A DNA stretch of 59,996 bases, filler included, from Hausera hauseri (lineage: Eukaryota): NCBI GenBank assembly GCA_046269625.1. It is 11 parts of 11 records of this genome, joined end to end, with 100 filler letters (N's around TTAATTAATTAA, not from the genome) between each part and the next. Parts side by side here need not be neighbours in the genome. Positions count along the whole stretch, not along the records: positions 33,153 to 38,060 come from JBJURY010394701.1; positions 38,161 to 42,615 come from JBJURY010572561.1; positions 42,716 to 46,836 come from JBJURY010749098.1; 8 more parts are not named here. The stretch is one strand, 5' to 3'. The notes under the pieces are model-generated. The model saw only the letters and a program-made list of their open reading frames with translations, did not search any database and was not told the DNA's origin. A program made the translations under genes and the position numbers. Positions 35,376 to 46,936 of this stretch are shown here, one piece after another; position 1 is the first letter of the stretch, and the number at the start of each line of letters is the position of its first letter.

Positions 35376-36900
35376 TCAGTAATGAAGACTACCAGTATGC
35401 TCAGAACGTCTGGCATGTATTCCAATGCAAAACATTAGGGAATATAGCGACACATAACTCCAAACCGATGTACTGCTGCTGACAGATGTTTTTGAGAGTT
35501 TCAGGGATGTTACAATAAAGAGCCATGCATTGGATCCGGCTAATTTCTTTACGGCTCCAGGGATGAGTTGGGCAGTTATGCTGAGATATACTGGTGTTAG
35601 GCTGCAGATTATCAAGGATCATGATATGATCCTTATGATCGAGAAAGGAATTAGAGGCGGAATATGCCAGGCCATTCACCGGTATAGTGAGGCAAATAAC
35701 TAGTATATAGCCCGGTATGATCCATGCAAGGAATCCTCATATATATGAACAACTTGTATGGATATGCAAAGAGCGTCCCATTGCCATATGATAACTTCAA
35801 ATGGGTCGAGAATCCTGGAAACATCCCTATACTGGACCTGGATACCAGTGGAGATACGGGATACATACTGGAGGTAAATAAGGAATATCCGGCTTCTATC
35901 CATACAAGACATCAACAGCTGCCTTTCCTCCCTGAGAGCAGGCTTCCATCCCATGGAAAGCACAGAAAGCTGCTCTGTCATCTGGGTAATAGGGAGAGGT
36001 CTCCAGAAAACAGTTAGACATGGACTTCGTATTACTAAGATTTATAGGGCCCTGCAGTTCAGCCAGTCCATGTGGCTGCAGTCATACATAGATTTCAATA
36101 TAAAGCTGCGGACTAATGCCAAGAACGACTTTGAGAAGGATCAGTTCAAGCTTTGCAACACAGCGTTTTTGGCAAGACTATGGAGAATATCCACATAATG
36201 ATCAACATGAAGCTACTATGTGACTGGAAGCAAGCAAAGAAGCTCATTTACAAACCCAATTTCCACAGCAGCGCCATATATACGGAGAACATGGTAGGAA
36301 TACATATGCTGAAAACAGCATTGGTATTCAACAAGCCCACATATGTGGGTATGGCAATACTGGATCTATCAAAAACTCTAATGTACAGATTCCATTACGA
36401 TATAATGGTCCCTAAGTTCAAATCCATGCATCTGATGTATATCCATACTGATAGCTTCATCTATCAGATCCATACAGAGGACATTTATGAGGACTTTGTC
36501 CAGTTGGCAAAGCATATGCATGCCTCGGACTATCCGAAGGATCATCTTAACTATTCAATTTCTAACAAAAAAATCCTAGGGAAATTCAAGGACGAGGTGA
36601 ATGGGGCAATAATGTCGAGATTTGTGGCTCTCAGATCTAAAATGTATGCCCTAGACGTATGTTGCCAAATAAAGAAGCGAGCAAAATGGGTTAAAAGGGT
36701 TACATTGGCCAAGAAGATCAGTTTTCAAGACTATGTGACAGTTCTGCAGGTGCAGACTCACATTATATCGAAAATTAAAAGATCCAATCTAGGGATCATA
36801 ACATCCAAACTGTTACCTTACAGAAGAAAAGCCTATATTGTATGGACGACAAGAGGCAGATCCTCAGCGATGGAATCCACACATTATCTCACGGGCATAT
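35376..36900 (+). pseudogene. protein-primed DNA polymerase B (Polinton-type), polymerase domain
   Basis: TDVLLLTDVFESFR, GIRGG, NNLYGYA, FGKTMEN, KPTYVGMAILDLSK, HTDS, GKFKDE, LRSKMY. Stops and frameshifts. Confidence 0.93.
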
Positions 36901-37136
36901 GGCATTATTGTAACTATGTACATATTGTTATTCTTTGTTCAATAAATGTTGTATAGAAATATCGTGTTGTCTTCTTGATTAAGTAATGTGGGATTAAGCC
37001 AAGTAAAACTAAGTAACTATTATATAAGTTAAGACCAAGTAAAACATAGATCAATAAAATCAATAAATTTGAATAATTAATACAGTGCGACATTTACTTG
37101 CATTAATCTTTCATTATTTCAAAAAATATTGAAGAC

Positions 37137-37325
37137 TTGTCCCCGATTTGTTGAGAGCAGATGTCTGATAAAACAATGAGATTGGCGACATGCGATACAC
37201 ATACTTTCTGCACAGGCTGTCTGCAGAAATGGCTAAGCAGTAAAATGTTGTGTCCGCTATGCAGAACAAAGTGTGAGTATATGGTAGTCCAGGATGCTAA
37301 AGGCCAGTGCCTGTATATAACATAG
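37137..37325 (+). pseudogene. RING finger (C3HC4) mini-ORF
   Basis: Manual translation SPIC*EQMSDKTMRLATCDTHTFCTGCLQKWLSSKMLCPLCR. Not in the ORF track. Confidence 0.8.
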
Positions 37326-37468
37326 GTATGGTGCCTGATAAAAACCCTGCATGAATTCTTACCAGAAAATGACAATGATGATACTATTATTATGTGATTG
37401 TTGTGTTCAGTACATGTTGTTTTCAATATACTTTAAGTCTTATAAAACCAACTACTTTCATAACACAT

Positions 37469-37867
37469 TTATTTAGAAACAATATAATTTGGACATAACG
37501 TTAAACACTTTTTATATGCATAATGTGAACCATGTTCACGATAAATACATGTAATGTTCTTTGGAATAGTTACCAATTTGGTACATTCATATGCACATAT
37601 TCGCAATTCTGGAAATATGCTATTAAATATCTTCCTCTTTCGCTCATCAGCATAATCTTTGACATAGAACATGTATTCCTTTATATTACACATATTCCCA
37701 ATATCTCGCATAAGGATATCGCTGCAAAGCTGGGTATTATGTTCTTTCCAAGTCAGTTTGTGATGATGGTTTGTCAAATAAGCATTTGTTGTTTGAGCCT
37801 TGTTTGTGCAACAATACAGTGTAGGCCTAAAAATAGCATAAATCACATGTACTATACTAAAATTCAC
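37469..37867 (-). CDS. small ORF of unknown function in the PolB element
   Basis: 132-aa Cys/His-containing ORF convergent with the RING ORF. No family recognised. Confidence 0.3.
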   Translation of the reverse strand: MNFSIVHVIYAIFRPTLYCCTNKAQTTNAYLTNHHHKLTWKEHNTQLCSDILMRDIGNMCNIKEYMFYVKDYADERKRKIFNSIFPELRICAYECTKLVTIPKNITCIYREHGSHYAYKKCLTLCPNYIVSK

Positions 37868-38255
37868 TTACGCAAATACATAGTATAGTGGGTGAAACAT
37901 AGTATCCACTGGCATTATGCATAGCTACTTTGTGATGTTTTCATTATTATTATCCACAAGTCCCTCCAAGTCAATAAATATGACACACATTATTTCAACA
38001 AAACATTTATTAACACAACAACGTTTATAACAATTTTATATAAATTGGCGTCTAAGCCAGNNNNNNNNNNNNNNNNNNNNNNNNNNNNNNNNNNNNNNNN
38101 NNNNTTAATTAATTAANNNNNNNNNNNNNNNNNNNNNNNNNNNNNNNNNNNNNNNNNNNNTATCGACGACGTTTTCTTTTCTTTATTTGTATAGTCCAAT
38201 TTTGCTTTGCTCGAACGCAAATTATAGCGTTTGTTTGGTCTTATTTCCATTTTAA

Positions 38256-40630
38256 CTACTCTCTGGATTGATATGACTTCCTGCTTGCAAAATTTTTGTT
38301 TATATAAACTGTGGCTGGTGTGATTTTGGTAACTTCGTAAGGTCCTCTACCTGTTCTGGTGAGTTTAATAGATGTGCCTTTCTTTGCCACTGGGTGATGT
38401 ACGTAAACCCAATTTCCTGTTTCTAGGTCGTGTGGTTTAGCCTTCTTGTCATATTGCCTCTTATATTGTTTTTGGTATTCTTTGGATAATTCTTTGACTA
38501 TTTCCCAACACTTGTGTAATCCCAGTTGTAATACTTCGATAAAATTTTGTTCCAAGTATTCCGTTCTGGTTGTATAAGGAATCAGTCCTAAATCTGTAGG
38601 TATTACAGCTTCTCTACCGTACATTATGAAAAATGGGGTGAATCCGGTTGCAGAATGTGGGGTATTATTAATGGCAAACTGTGTACCTTCCAAGAAATCG
38701 TCCCAATTCTTCTAGTCTTTCGCGACTACTGTCGATAAAATTTGTATAACTGTCGCATTCATTTGCTTAACCAATCCGTTACATTGGGGATGATAAGCTG
38801 TTGTGGTTAGTCGCTCGATTTCGAAAATTTTGGTAATTTTCTCGAACAGTTCGCTCGTAAAGATTCTGTCAAAATTTTTTCAGGCGGCCCATATCTGCAA
38901 ATAATTTTCCGGACTACTACTTCTGCCAGGGTCTCAGCTCTTTGGTCTACTAATGCTATAAGCTAGCCAAAATGAGTCAATCGGTTTACATAGGTCAAAA
39001 TATATTTATTGCTCTTGTGACTCGTAGGTAACGGTCCTACAATATCCATGGACATTTCTTGCATTGGTCTGTCGGGCACATTGATGGGTTTAAACTCTGC
39101 GATGTGGTTTTTCACTTTTCTGCCTTTGGTTTCGCATACTTCACAAGCATTCACCCAATTTCTCACGTCGATGCAAATGCTCGGCCAGTAATAGTTATTT
39201 AATATTCTTTTCAATGTCTTCTTCCACGACATGTGTCCAGCTAGATATGAGTTGTGTTCGGCCATTAGCACTTCCTTTTGGTATGACGACTAATTTTTGT
39301 CCCTTTCGTTCGTAGTACAACACATTTTCGTGGTTCAAATCTCCTTCGACGTAGTTTTTGTGACCATTTCGTCGTAGGTGTTTCCGTAACTGATGACCCT
39401 TTGGTGTTTTGTTAGTATCGACGAATTCGATTATTTGTGGTATAACTTTGTCCTTTCTCTGTTCGATAGCAATATTCAATGCCTTATCCAGTGTGAGAGT
39501 CCGTTGTCTTTCTACTAAGTCTTCGAGGTGGGCTTTTCTAGTGACCGTAACCGCGCTTGTTTTAGTTTTAAGTCTCGATAATGCATTGGCATCGACATGT
39601 TTATTTCCGGGCTTGTATTGGAATTCAATATTATAACGTGAGATCTCCTCGGTCCCACTGTTGAGTCTACAGGTTGGATTATTTGCTTTACCCTTCAAGG
39701 TCGTGACCACCTTGTGATCAGTGATGATTACAATCTTCTGTACATAGACGTACACATTAAAATGTCGTAAGACTTCCTTCACCGCTAACGTTTCCAACTC
39801 CCTTACCGAATAGTTCTTCTTGGCTTTCTTTAGAGAGCGCCCTCCATATGCGACCGGGTGTTCTAGCTCCTCGTCTTCTCGTTTCTGAGCTAGCTCATAT
39901 CCGATGCCTTCCTTACTGGCGTCTGTTTTGATAACGAACGGCAGGTTGAAATCAGGATATCTTAAAACGGGTTCACTAGTTAGAATTTTCTTCATTTCAT
40001 CGAAATCTTTCCGTTCGATATCAGTCCATTTCCAATTGATCCCTTTTTAAGCAAGCGGTACAAAGGTGCGTTTATGTTTGAATTATCTGGCATATAACTA
40101 GCATAATACCCACATAACCCTAACCAGTGGCTTAATTCCTTTTGATTCTGGGGTTCCATGCAGTCCGATATTTGATTTAGCAATGATTTATCCGGATTTG
40201 AGCCCGTTTGCATTTCTTAGGGTTTAGTTTTAATCCAGCTTGCTTCCAGAAGTGTACCATCAATATCTTTCAAATGACCTTTTTCCGTTTTTGACGCAAT
40301 AATGACGTCATCTAGGTAAGCTAACTCTTGTTCTAGTCCCATTAGCATCTTGTTCATCATGCGGGTAAAGATGGCTCGTTCGGTAGTTATTCCAAATGGC
40401 ATAACATTAAATTCGTATATACCGTCGTGTGTCTTAAATGCAGTTTTGTAACGGTCTTCTTCCTCTATCTCCACTTGCCAATATCCGGATTGTAAATCAA
40501 GTGTGGTAAACCATCTAGCTCCAGAAAGTCTATCCAAAGTTTTTATTACCGATGGTAATGGGAAGGAGTCTTTCATAATAAGTATGTTTAACGCTCGATA
40601 GTCGATACAAAATCGGTGCTTAGTAGTAGT
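38256..40630 (-). pseudogene. pol: Gypsy pol (RT, RNase H, integrase), same family as 8540-10400
   Basis: LDLQSGYWQ, YLDD, KTDAS, HHCC, MDIVGPLP, TPFFIMYGRE, GPY. Confidence 0.95.
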
Positions 40631-40636
40631 TGTATA

Positions 40637-41582
40637 ATGGCTGGATGGGGCAAAACCCTCAAATTTCAGGAAAGGCGACGACGTGGAGAAGTTCATTAAA
40701 GGACGTGAAAAATTCTTTAAATATATGAACTTTCCGGCGGCAAAGCGAGAGATGATGGTTGAATGTCTCTTGGAGGAAGATTCACTAGAAAGATACGAGG
40801 CAGTAGATGCAAGGATAACGGGATATCAAAACCGACTACGGAAGGCTTTCGCCCGATCCTCAACGCTATGTGAAGGTCTAACAGAAGCGCTCGAGTACAG
40901 AATGAATGGAGCGGAACCGGAGGCTTACTTCGGAACAATAGAGAAACTTCTGCATAAAATCATGAAACACAATCTTTCACGCGAGTCTCTAAAAGAGAAA
41001 CTATTGTTCCAATGTTGTAACAATGGAGAGATGAGAAGGGAAATATGCCTCAGTGACAAACGAGACGCGGAAACTATAAAGGAAAAAATACGGAAGATAC
41101 GCGAGGTGAAGATTAAGACGGAAGAAGTCAACACGGTCAAGGAGTATACGGGGATCGGTAGAAGAAGTTACCAGGAAGTGGCAGCACAAAATATCAGGAA
41201 ACCTGTTCCTAGAATCAACACTACCCCTATAAGACCACAAAATAGTAGATTAAAGTGTTGGACGTGCCAGAAGGAAAGACATACATGCAGAACGTGCACC
41301 ACACAGAGACCGATTAAATGCTTTGGATGCGGAAAAGAAGGACACATAAGCAGGCAATGTCCCGAAAGAAAACCAATAAGATGCTACGGATGTGGTCAGC
41401 TAGGATACATCAGACGAAATTGTGTTAACCTTAGCTGTGCAAGATGTCACCATAGGGGCCATACCGAAAAAGAGTGTTGCACCAGGCTGGAAGGGAGAAG
41501 AGAACCAGGATGGGATACGTACAAAGTTAAAAGAAGGTACGGAGATAATCTGAACAGAAGACGGGGGAAGTCGAAAACGTAG
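40637..41582 (+). CDS. gag: Gypsy-type gag with four zinc knuckles
   Basis: CWTCQKERHTCRTC, CFGCGKEGHISRQC, CYGCGQLGYIRRNC, CARCHHRGHTEKEC. Confidence 0.85.
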
Positions 41583-42389
41583 ATGAAGAAGAAACAGAAT
41601 CCGATCAGGAGTCAGTTACCCCAAAAAGCAGAGCCTCGATAGAAGTGGAGCAAATAGGGGCACTACAATAGATTCAGTCTCCCAAAATATCGTTATGTAT
41701 AATAGTAGTATTATATCAAACAGTATATGTGAGGACCAGATTTATTCCTTTCCGACGGAACATTTGTGTGTCTACTGTCATGGAATGATTCTTCATGTTT
41801 GATATTTCTGGATTGAAGAGTATCCACTTGACTCGTATTGAATGTACCATTTGGCAATTTAGACTGATTTAATACGGATTCATTAATGGTTGATATATTC
41901 ATTCTTAATAGAAAATTTGGGGAAATTCTCTGCTGTGAATTGGCATTGCAATCAACAAAACTGCTATCAAATGCGGAAGATACATTCTTTCTCATTGTGC
42001 ACTCAAAACTTTGAAATCAGAAATTCAGGTACTCATTACAATAAAAAAATCCAAAAGTCAAAGCTGAATAAATTCCAATCGACTAAATAACTATGAAAAT
42101 TAAGAAAATCGCTTGCAATGACGGATATAAGTCCAAAGAATTCACGCAAAATAAATTTTATTTAGAATTTCACCATAATGTCTTTTAATATTTAAACAAA
42201 ACAAACATTTTTTACACAATAAGTTTCACATATAGATAACCAATTGGGTAAATGTGGGCACCACAGGAAACACGAATCAAAAAGAAGGGGACACGGAGGT
42301 ATGTTGATGGGTAAAACTACACAGTAAAGGTACGGAAATTTATGAAAGTGGAAAATTTCCAGGAAGTACCCTGCAACGGAATAGAGGAA

Positions 42390-42615
42390 AGTGGGAACGA
42401 TACGCAGATCTTCACGCTAGACAAATTGTATACCAAGCAGATATCATACAGGAAGTTTAATGGACGACTAGGAATCAAATTAAAGATATAAGACAGGTGG
42501 GAATATTGCTTATTGGACACAGGGGCCAAGGTAAACGTCATAAACAAAAAGATCTTGGATAAACTTGCAAATGCACACAAAGAGAAATCAGATACCACAC
42601 TACGATTCGCGAACA
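42390..42615 (+). pseudogene. retroviral-type aspartic protease fragment
   Basis: Manual translation EYCLLDTGAKVNVI, with DTG at about 42516. Lies downstream of the four-knuckle gag. Confidence 0.8.
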
Positions 42616-43018
42616 NNNNNNNNNNNNNNNNNNNNNNNNNNNNNNNNNNNNNNNNNNNNTTAATTAATTAANNNNNNNNNNNNNNNNNNNNNNNNNNNNN
42701 NNNNNNNNNNNNNNNTTCACAGATTTTGATTGTTAGTTTTTTTATATATTACAAGTGCTGCTTACTTCGGCACTTGTGATCCCGATTTGTAATTTTTCTA
42801 TTTTGTATGTTAGAAAATTTGATTTTGGTATATTTTATTTGACCTAATCCGTGATATTAAATTGTGACTTTAAATTTTATGTTATTGTAAGGTGGGACTT
42901 TACAACCAGCTCTATGCGAATTCCTTTTTATTCGTTAATTCCGATCGGGTAAGCTTATATTTGTTTCTGTAGATTTCCAGCTCTTTGTTTAATTCATCTA
43001 GCTCTATTGCTGTCTGCG

Positions 43019-44945
43019 TCATATGGATTCGGCGTTTTTCACATCGTCGATTTGAGTTGTAAATTGACATACTTTGTCATCGTCGATTTCTTCTAGCGCA
43101 ATCTGACGTTTTGGACAAATATCCAAAGTTGTCAAATCGCCTATTGATATTTCAGTTATCGGCTTTGTTGTCAGATATCTAATTCCTTCTAAGCTAGTGT
43201 GTTTATGGCAGATTATCTCCTGTTTCGTTGACAAATCTATTTCTTTGATCATTCTGTATATTTCTCCAAAGAATTTGGCTTCCTGATTTTTGCTTATAAA
43301 ATTTAACCTTAATAATGAGTTGAATTCAACCCGAAGGTCTGCCTGTGTCTTCATTACATCTAGGTAGCGGAGTATTTCCTTTAACTGCTGTTTAGTTATC
43401 GGATCATGCGTCGTAGATTTCCTCAAGCGGTACTTTGTTAGATCCGCCAATCGGCCTAACAATTCAATCCATTTTTTGAGTTTATTATCTATTATTGGTT
43501 TGGCGTATATCACATTTTCTAACCTTTCGTAGGCATCGTTCAATTTATCATCTGAACCCCTGATATAGTCCATTATCCGTTTAACGCAATTAATTTCCTC
43601 CTTATATTTATTTAATTTCAGAATACACGTTTCCGTTATGTTTCCTGTTTCTTGATTGTCTATTTTCTTTAGTTTAGAGTTACATCTATAGATTTCAGCA
43701 GGCCTCTTATCCCATGAGTCGATGAGAGTTTCTATAATTGCATATTCCTTAGGCACGTTGAACGCAATTTTACATATTTCCATCAAGAGAGGAATATCTA
43801 CCGAGTCTATTCCCAGTATCTGGAATTCGTTTTCATCCAGTTCATTTACTGGCTTATTCTTAACGTGGTATACTATCAGGTCCTCTCTCTTTCATCAGTT
43901 TTTCTAAGTTGCGCTTTGCTTGTTTCTGTTTTGGTTCCACTTCCACTGTCTTTAATAATTCTTGGACTGTTGCCACTTTACCCCCGATTTTTATCTCTTG
44001 ATCCTTCCACATCTCAGTAAAATCAATTCCACTCTTTGTCCATGAGTTCAATTTCGTTCTGCATTCTTTGATTGACTCTTCGATTGCTTCATCTGGCTCA
44101 CTTAATTCTTTCTCTTTTCTAGCATCTTCCTTAATGTACTTTTCTAATTTCTTATACATTTTCTCAGCAAATTGTTGTTCCTTACCGGACATATCCATTC
44201 GTATTTTTATGTATTCAAGTTCCTGTAAATTACGTCGTATAGTCTCAGGGTCAGTTGGTGCTGCTCTAATCTCCTTTAGTGTATCTGCGTTTTTCCATGA
44301 TTTCCTGCTTTTTCATACTCTTCCATCGAGTCTCTCGCTTTTTATCGTGCTATTGTCTTCATTTTCGCTTACGGGTAGTGGGCATATCTCGTTTATTTCA
44401 CTGTTTGGATCCTGTACTTCCGTAGTTATGCCTGGAGTATACAGTACTTCCTTAAACTCCGCCTCTGGAGTGTTAAAACTTAAATCGCTTTCCATGCCCA
44501 TATCCCGTGGATTCAACTTTTCGGAGCTTTCCTTTTTCAACGGCGATCTTGATCGACCTTTTTATTTCCTTTTAATCGATGGGCTTCGACCTCTGTTCTT
44601 TGTTATTTTAAGAACTAGCGGGGCTATGTATTCGCTCTCAATGCCTTCGGTAGCGCCGATTTCTTTCTCTGTTGGGTTTTTAGGTTGGGCGTCCATGTCT
44701 ACACTGGACGACGTCGTTGGTACCTTGGTTACTTCTTTGATCTCCGTTTTGGGTTTGGTCAACCCGTGATATACTTCCACTATCCGTACGTTATTCCCAT
44801 ATTCTTTTTGAGCCCTTAATATTTGTGGATTGCTAGTTTCCTTTTGGCTTTTCAAGTATCTTCGTGAATCTTGTATGTCTAAAATCGCGTCTATGTCGCC
44901 TCGGGGGCCATATTTCGCCTCTAAATCTTCTTGCATCTTAATCAT
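43019..44945 (-). pseudogene. long non-Pol coding extension downstream of gag
   Basis: Four same-strand ORF pieces rich in K/E follow the knuckle. No protease or RT motif. Confidence 0.6.
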
Positions 44946-44984
44946 GCTTGCCTTGGTAGGTTTGGTAAATGAGACGCTTCGCTG

Positions 44985-46079
44985 GTTCGGGCACGATCTT
45001 GCTATGTGGCCTTCCTTGCCACATGTATAGCATATTAGGTTTCCATTCCTACCAACTCTTTGTCGACCGTCCTCATTAATGGGTGATTTTGACCTACTAT
45101 TGTTTTTAGTATAGTTTTGGTTCGACGATTCTGGTTGATTACTTCCGTTAAATTTATTTTCATTGCTCCTAGGATAATTAAAACGATTTCCATCCTTGTA
45201 TCTGGTTCCGTTACTATTACTTTTATAACCATCTTAGTTGTAATTCGAACTATAGTTTGGCTTCATGTTCACATTATTTTGATTTCGATTATTATTGAAA
45301 CTTTTGCTCTCGTAACGCGAGTTCTTATTATTTCTATTGTCGTAATTCCGACTTCGCCCATTATCGTGGAATCGTTTATTATTCCTATTCTTATCATTTC
45401 ATTCGCAATCCCTATCATAGAACTCATTTTGCCTGGCGTATCTGTCTAACGCCATTTCTAAATCTAGTGCCAATTGCAGCGTTTTCTCTAAGTTCTCTGG
45501 TCTCGCCAACATTAATTGCTTCATTATGTCTCTTGACCAAATACCGTTAATCAACTGTGTTGTCATCATGACATCCAAATCTGGTGTAATTGCATTTTCG
45601 GCGACTTTGCGTTCTGCTTCGTCTTTTGCTTTGGTAATATTCGCAATTCTTGGCGTGCTTATATAGCTATTTGCAAATTTCTTTAGGGCAAACGCAAACT
45701 GGGTGATTGATTCGCCCTTCTGTTGCGCCCTATTTTGAAATGCCACCAAATTTTGTTGTGGGGTTACTGTTGGTAATAATTTTCTATTTAATGCTCCCAC
45801 TAGCGACGTACAATCCTTTCTTTCTTCATCCGTCAATTCTGCGTAGGCATCGGCAGCAAAATTCTTCAAGTAGAGTGGTAGTCGCTTAATCATTTGTTGA
45901 GGTTCTAACCCTATGCCTTTGGCGTGAAGTTTGTATGTTTTGAGAAATTCGTTTAATCCTTCCGAATCACCGTTGTATGCCGGTAAATTCAACGACTCGT
46001 ACGTGAAAATGTCCAGCTTCTGTCTGGCTGTATTATCAACTGCCATTTTATTTGTATTTGCGTCGGCTATATTCTCCAT
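44985..46079 (-). pseudogene. gag: Gypsy gag related to the gag at 12757
   Basis: LPAYNGD, RLPLYLK, QQKGESITQFA, N/R-rich linker, knuckle CYTCGKEGHIARSC (about 44990-45032). Confidence 0.9.
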
Positions 46080-46434
46080 TTTACGCAGTTCACTTAATTT
46101 AGGTGAAGCTTTGAAATTTATTTCTTGATCTTGGTCTGATAAATTCGTTAGATTTTCGCGTGACTCAGATAAGGTACGCTTTCGTTTGAATTTGTTCTTG
46201 CTTTACTACGGGTTCCTCTTAAGTTTAAATTCTCTTTACCGTTAAGGTTTAAATGTTCAGATTTACTATGTCTGTCAATATTTGTGCTTTAATACCCACT
46301 TAATTAAATACAGGAGCTTATATCCCAAATTTTATACTTTAGTCGATTGAATTAATTGGTGTCGATGCGCTGATCGCGGGTATTTTGCTTTAATTAACTC
46401 TTTGTTGAAGTAATAGTCTAGCAAGGTACAGACT

Positions 46435-46452
46435 GTCCTGCTAGGGTCGCCA
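46435..46452 (-). promoter_or_regulatory. primer-binding site, tRNA-Arg type
   Basis: Minus strand reads ...ATAACA-TT-TGGCGACCCTAGCAGGAC: LTR end CA, a 2-nt spacer, then a TGGCGA-type PBS upstream of gag. Confidence 0.72.
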
Positions 46453-46549
46453 AATGTTATATTTTGGGGAGTTGGCCCTACTTGTCTCTCACTATATAAC
46501 AATAATTATATCAAATTTAAAAAAATATAGCAGGTGCGTTTTACTGTTC

Positions 46550-46836
46550 TTTCATATGCATATCATTGGTGTATTCCATGCTGAGTTACATGGCTTGATA
46601 ATGTCGTTTTCTCATAGGCTTCGGATGGTCTCGTCAATCTTTTTCTATAGGTATACTGGTTGCCTGTGAGGTTTGATATTAAACGGCGCTCTTGTCGTGT
46701 CTATTCGGTGTTTGATGAGAGATGTACACCCTATGTCCCACTTGTCGGCCATGAATACTTCTGGGTATTTCTGTATAATGTTGAGCAACTCTCTGTTGTC
46801 ACTCACCTGAAGAGCTTCCTTCGCCCTGTTGATTCG
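46550..46836 (-). pseudogene. N-terminal RT fragment of a different Gypsy element
   Basis: Manual translation YPEVFMADKWDIGCTSLIKHRIDT...IIKPCNSAWNTP with stops. Confidence 0.8.
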
Positions 46837-46936
46837 NNNNNNNNNNNNNNNNNNNNNNNNNNNNNNNNNNNNNNNNNNNNTTAATTAATTAANNNNNNNN
46901 NNNNNNNNNNNNNNNNNNNNNNNNNNNNNNNNNNNN

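Noticed and set aside
26219-38060. A single giant-virus or complete Polinton genome
   Set aside because: The PolB pieces are on separate contigs, are pseudogenised and differ from each other. No capsid, packaging ATPase or NCLDV core genes are recognisable.
41711-41995. Prenylated small protein (ends in YCLI)
   Set aside because: Cys is third from the end, so this is not a CaaX box. The ORF is low-complexity with no other support.
44068-44769. 233-aa plus-strand hydrophobic ORF (likewise 13588..13917 and 45117..45449)
   Set aside because: Antisense shadows of K/E/N-rich coding sequence on the opposite strand.
38161-46836. Joining the pol of one contig to the gag of the next as one element
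   Set aside because: They are separated by an artificial linker and an unrelated gag. Family linkage is possible but not shown by the sequence.
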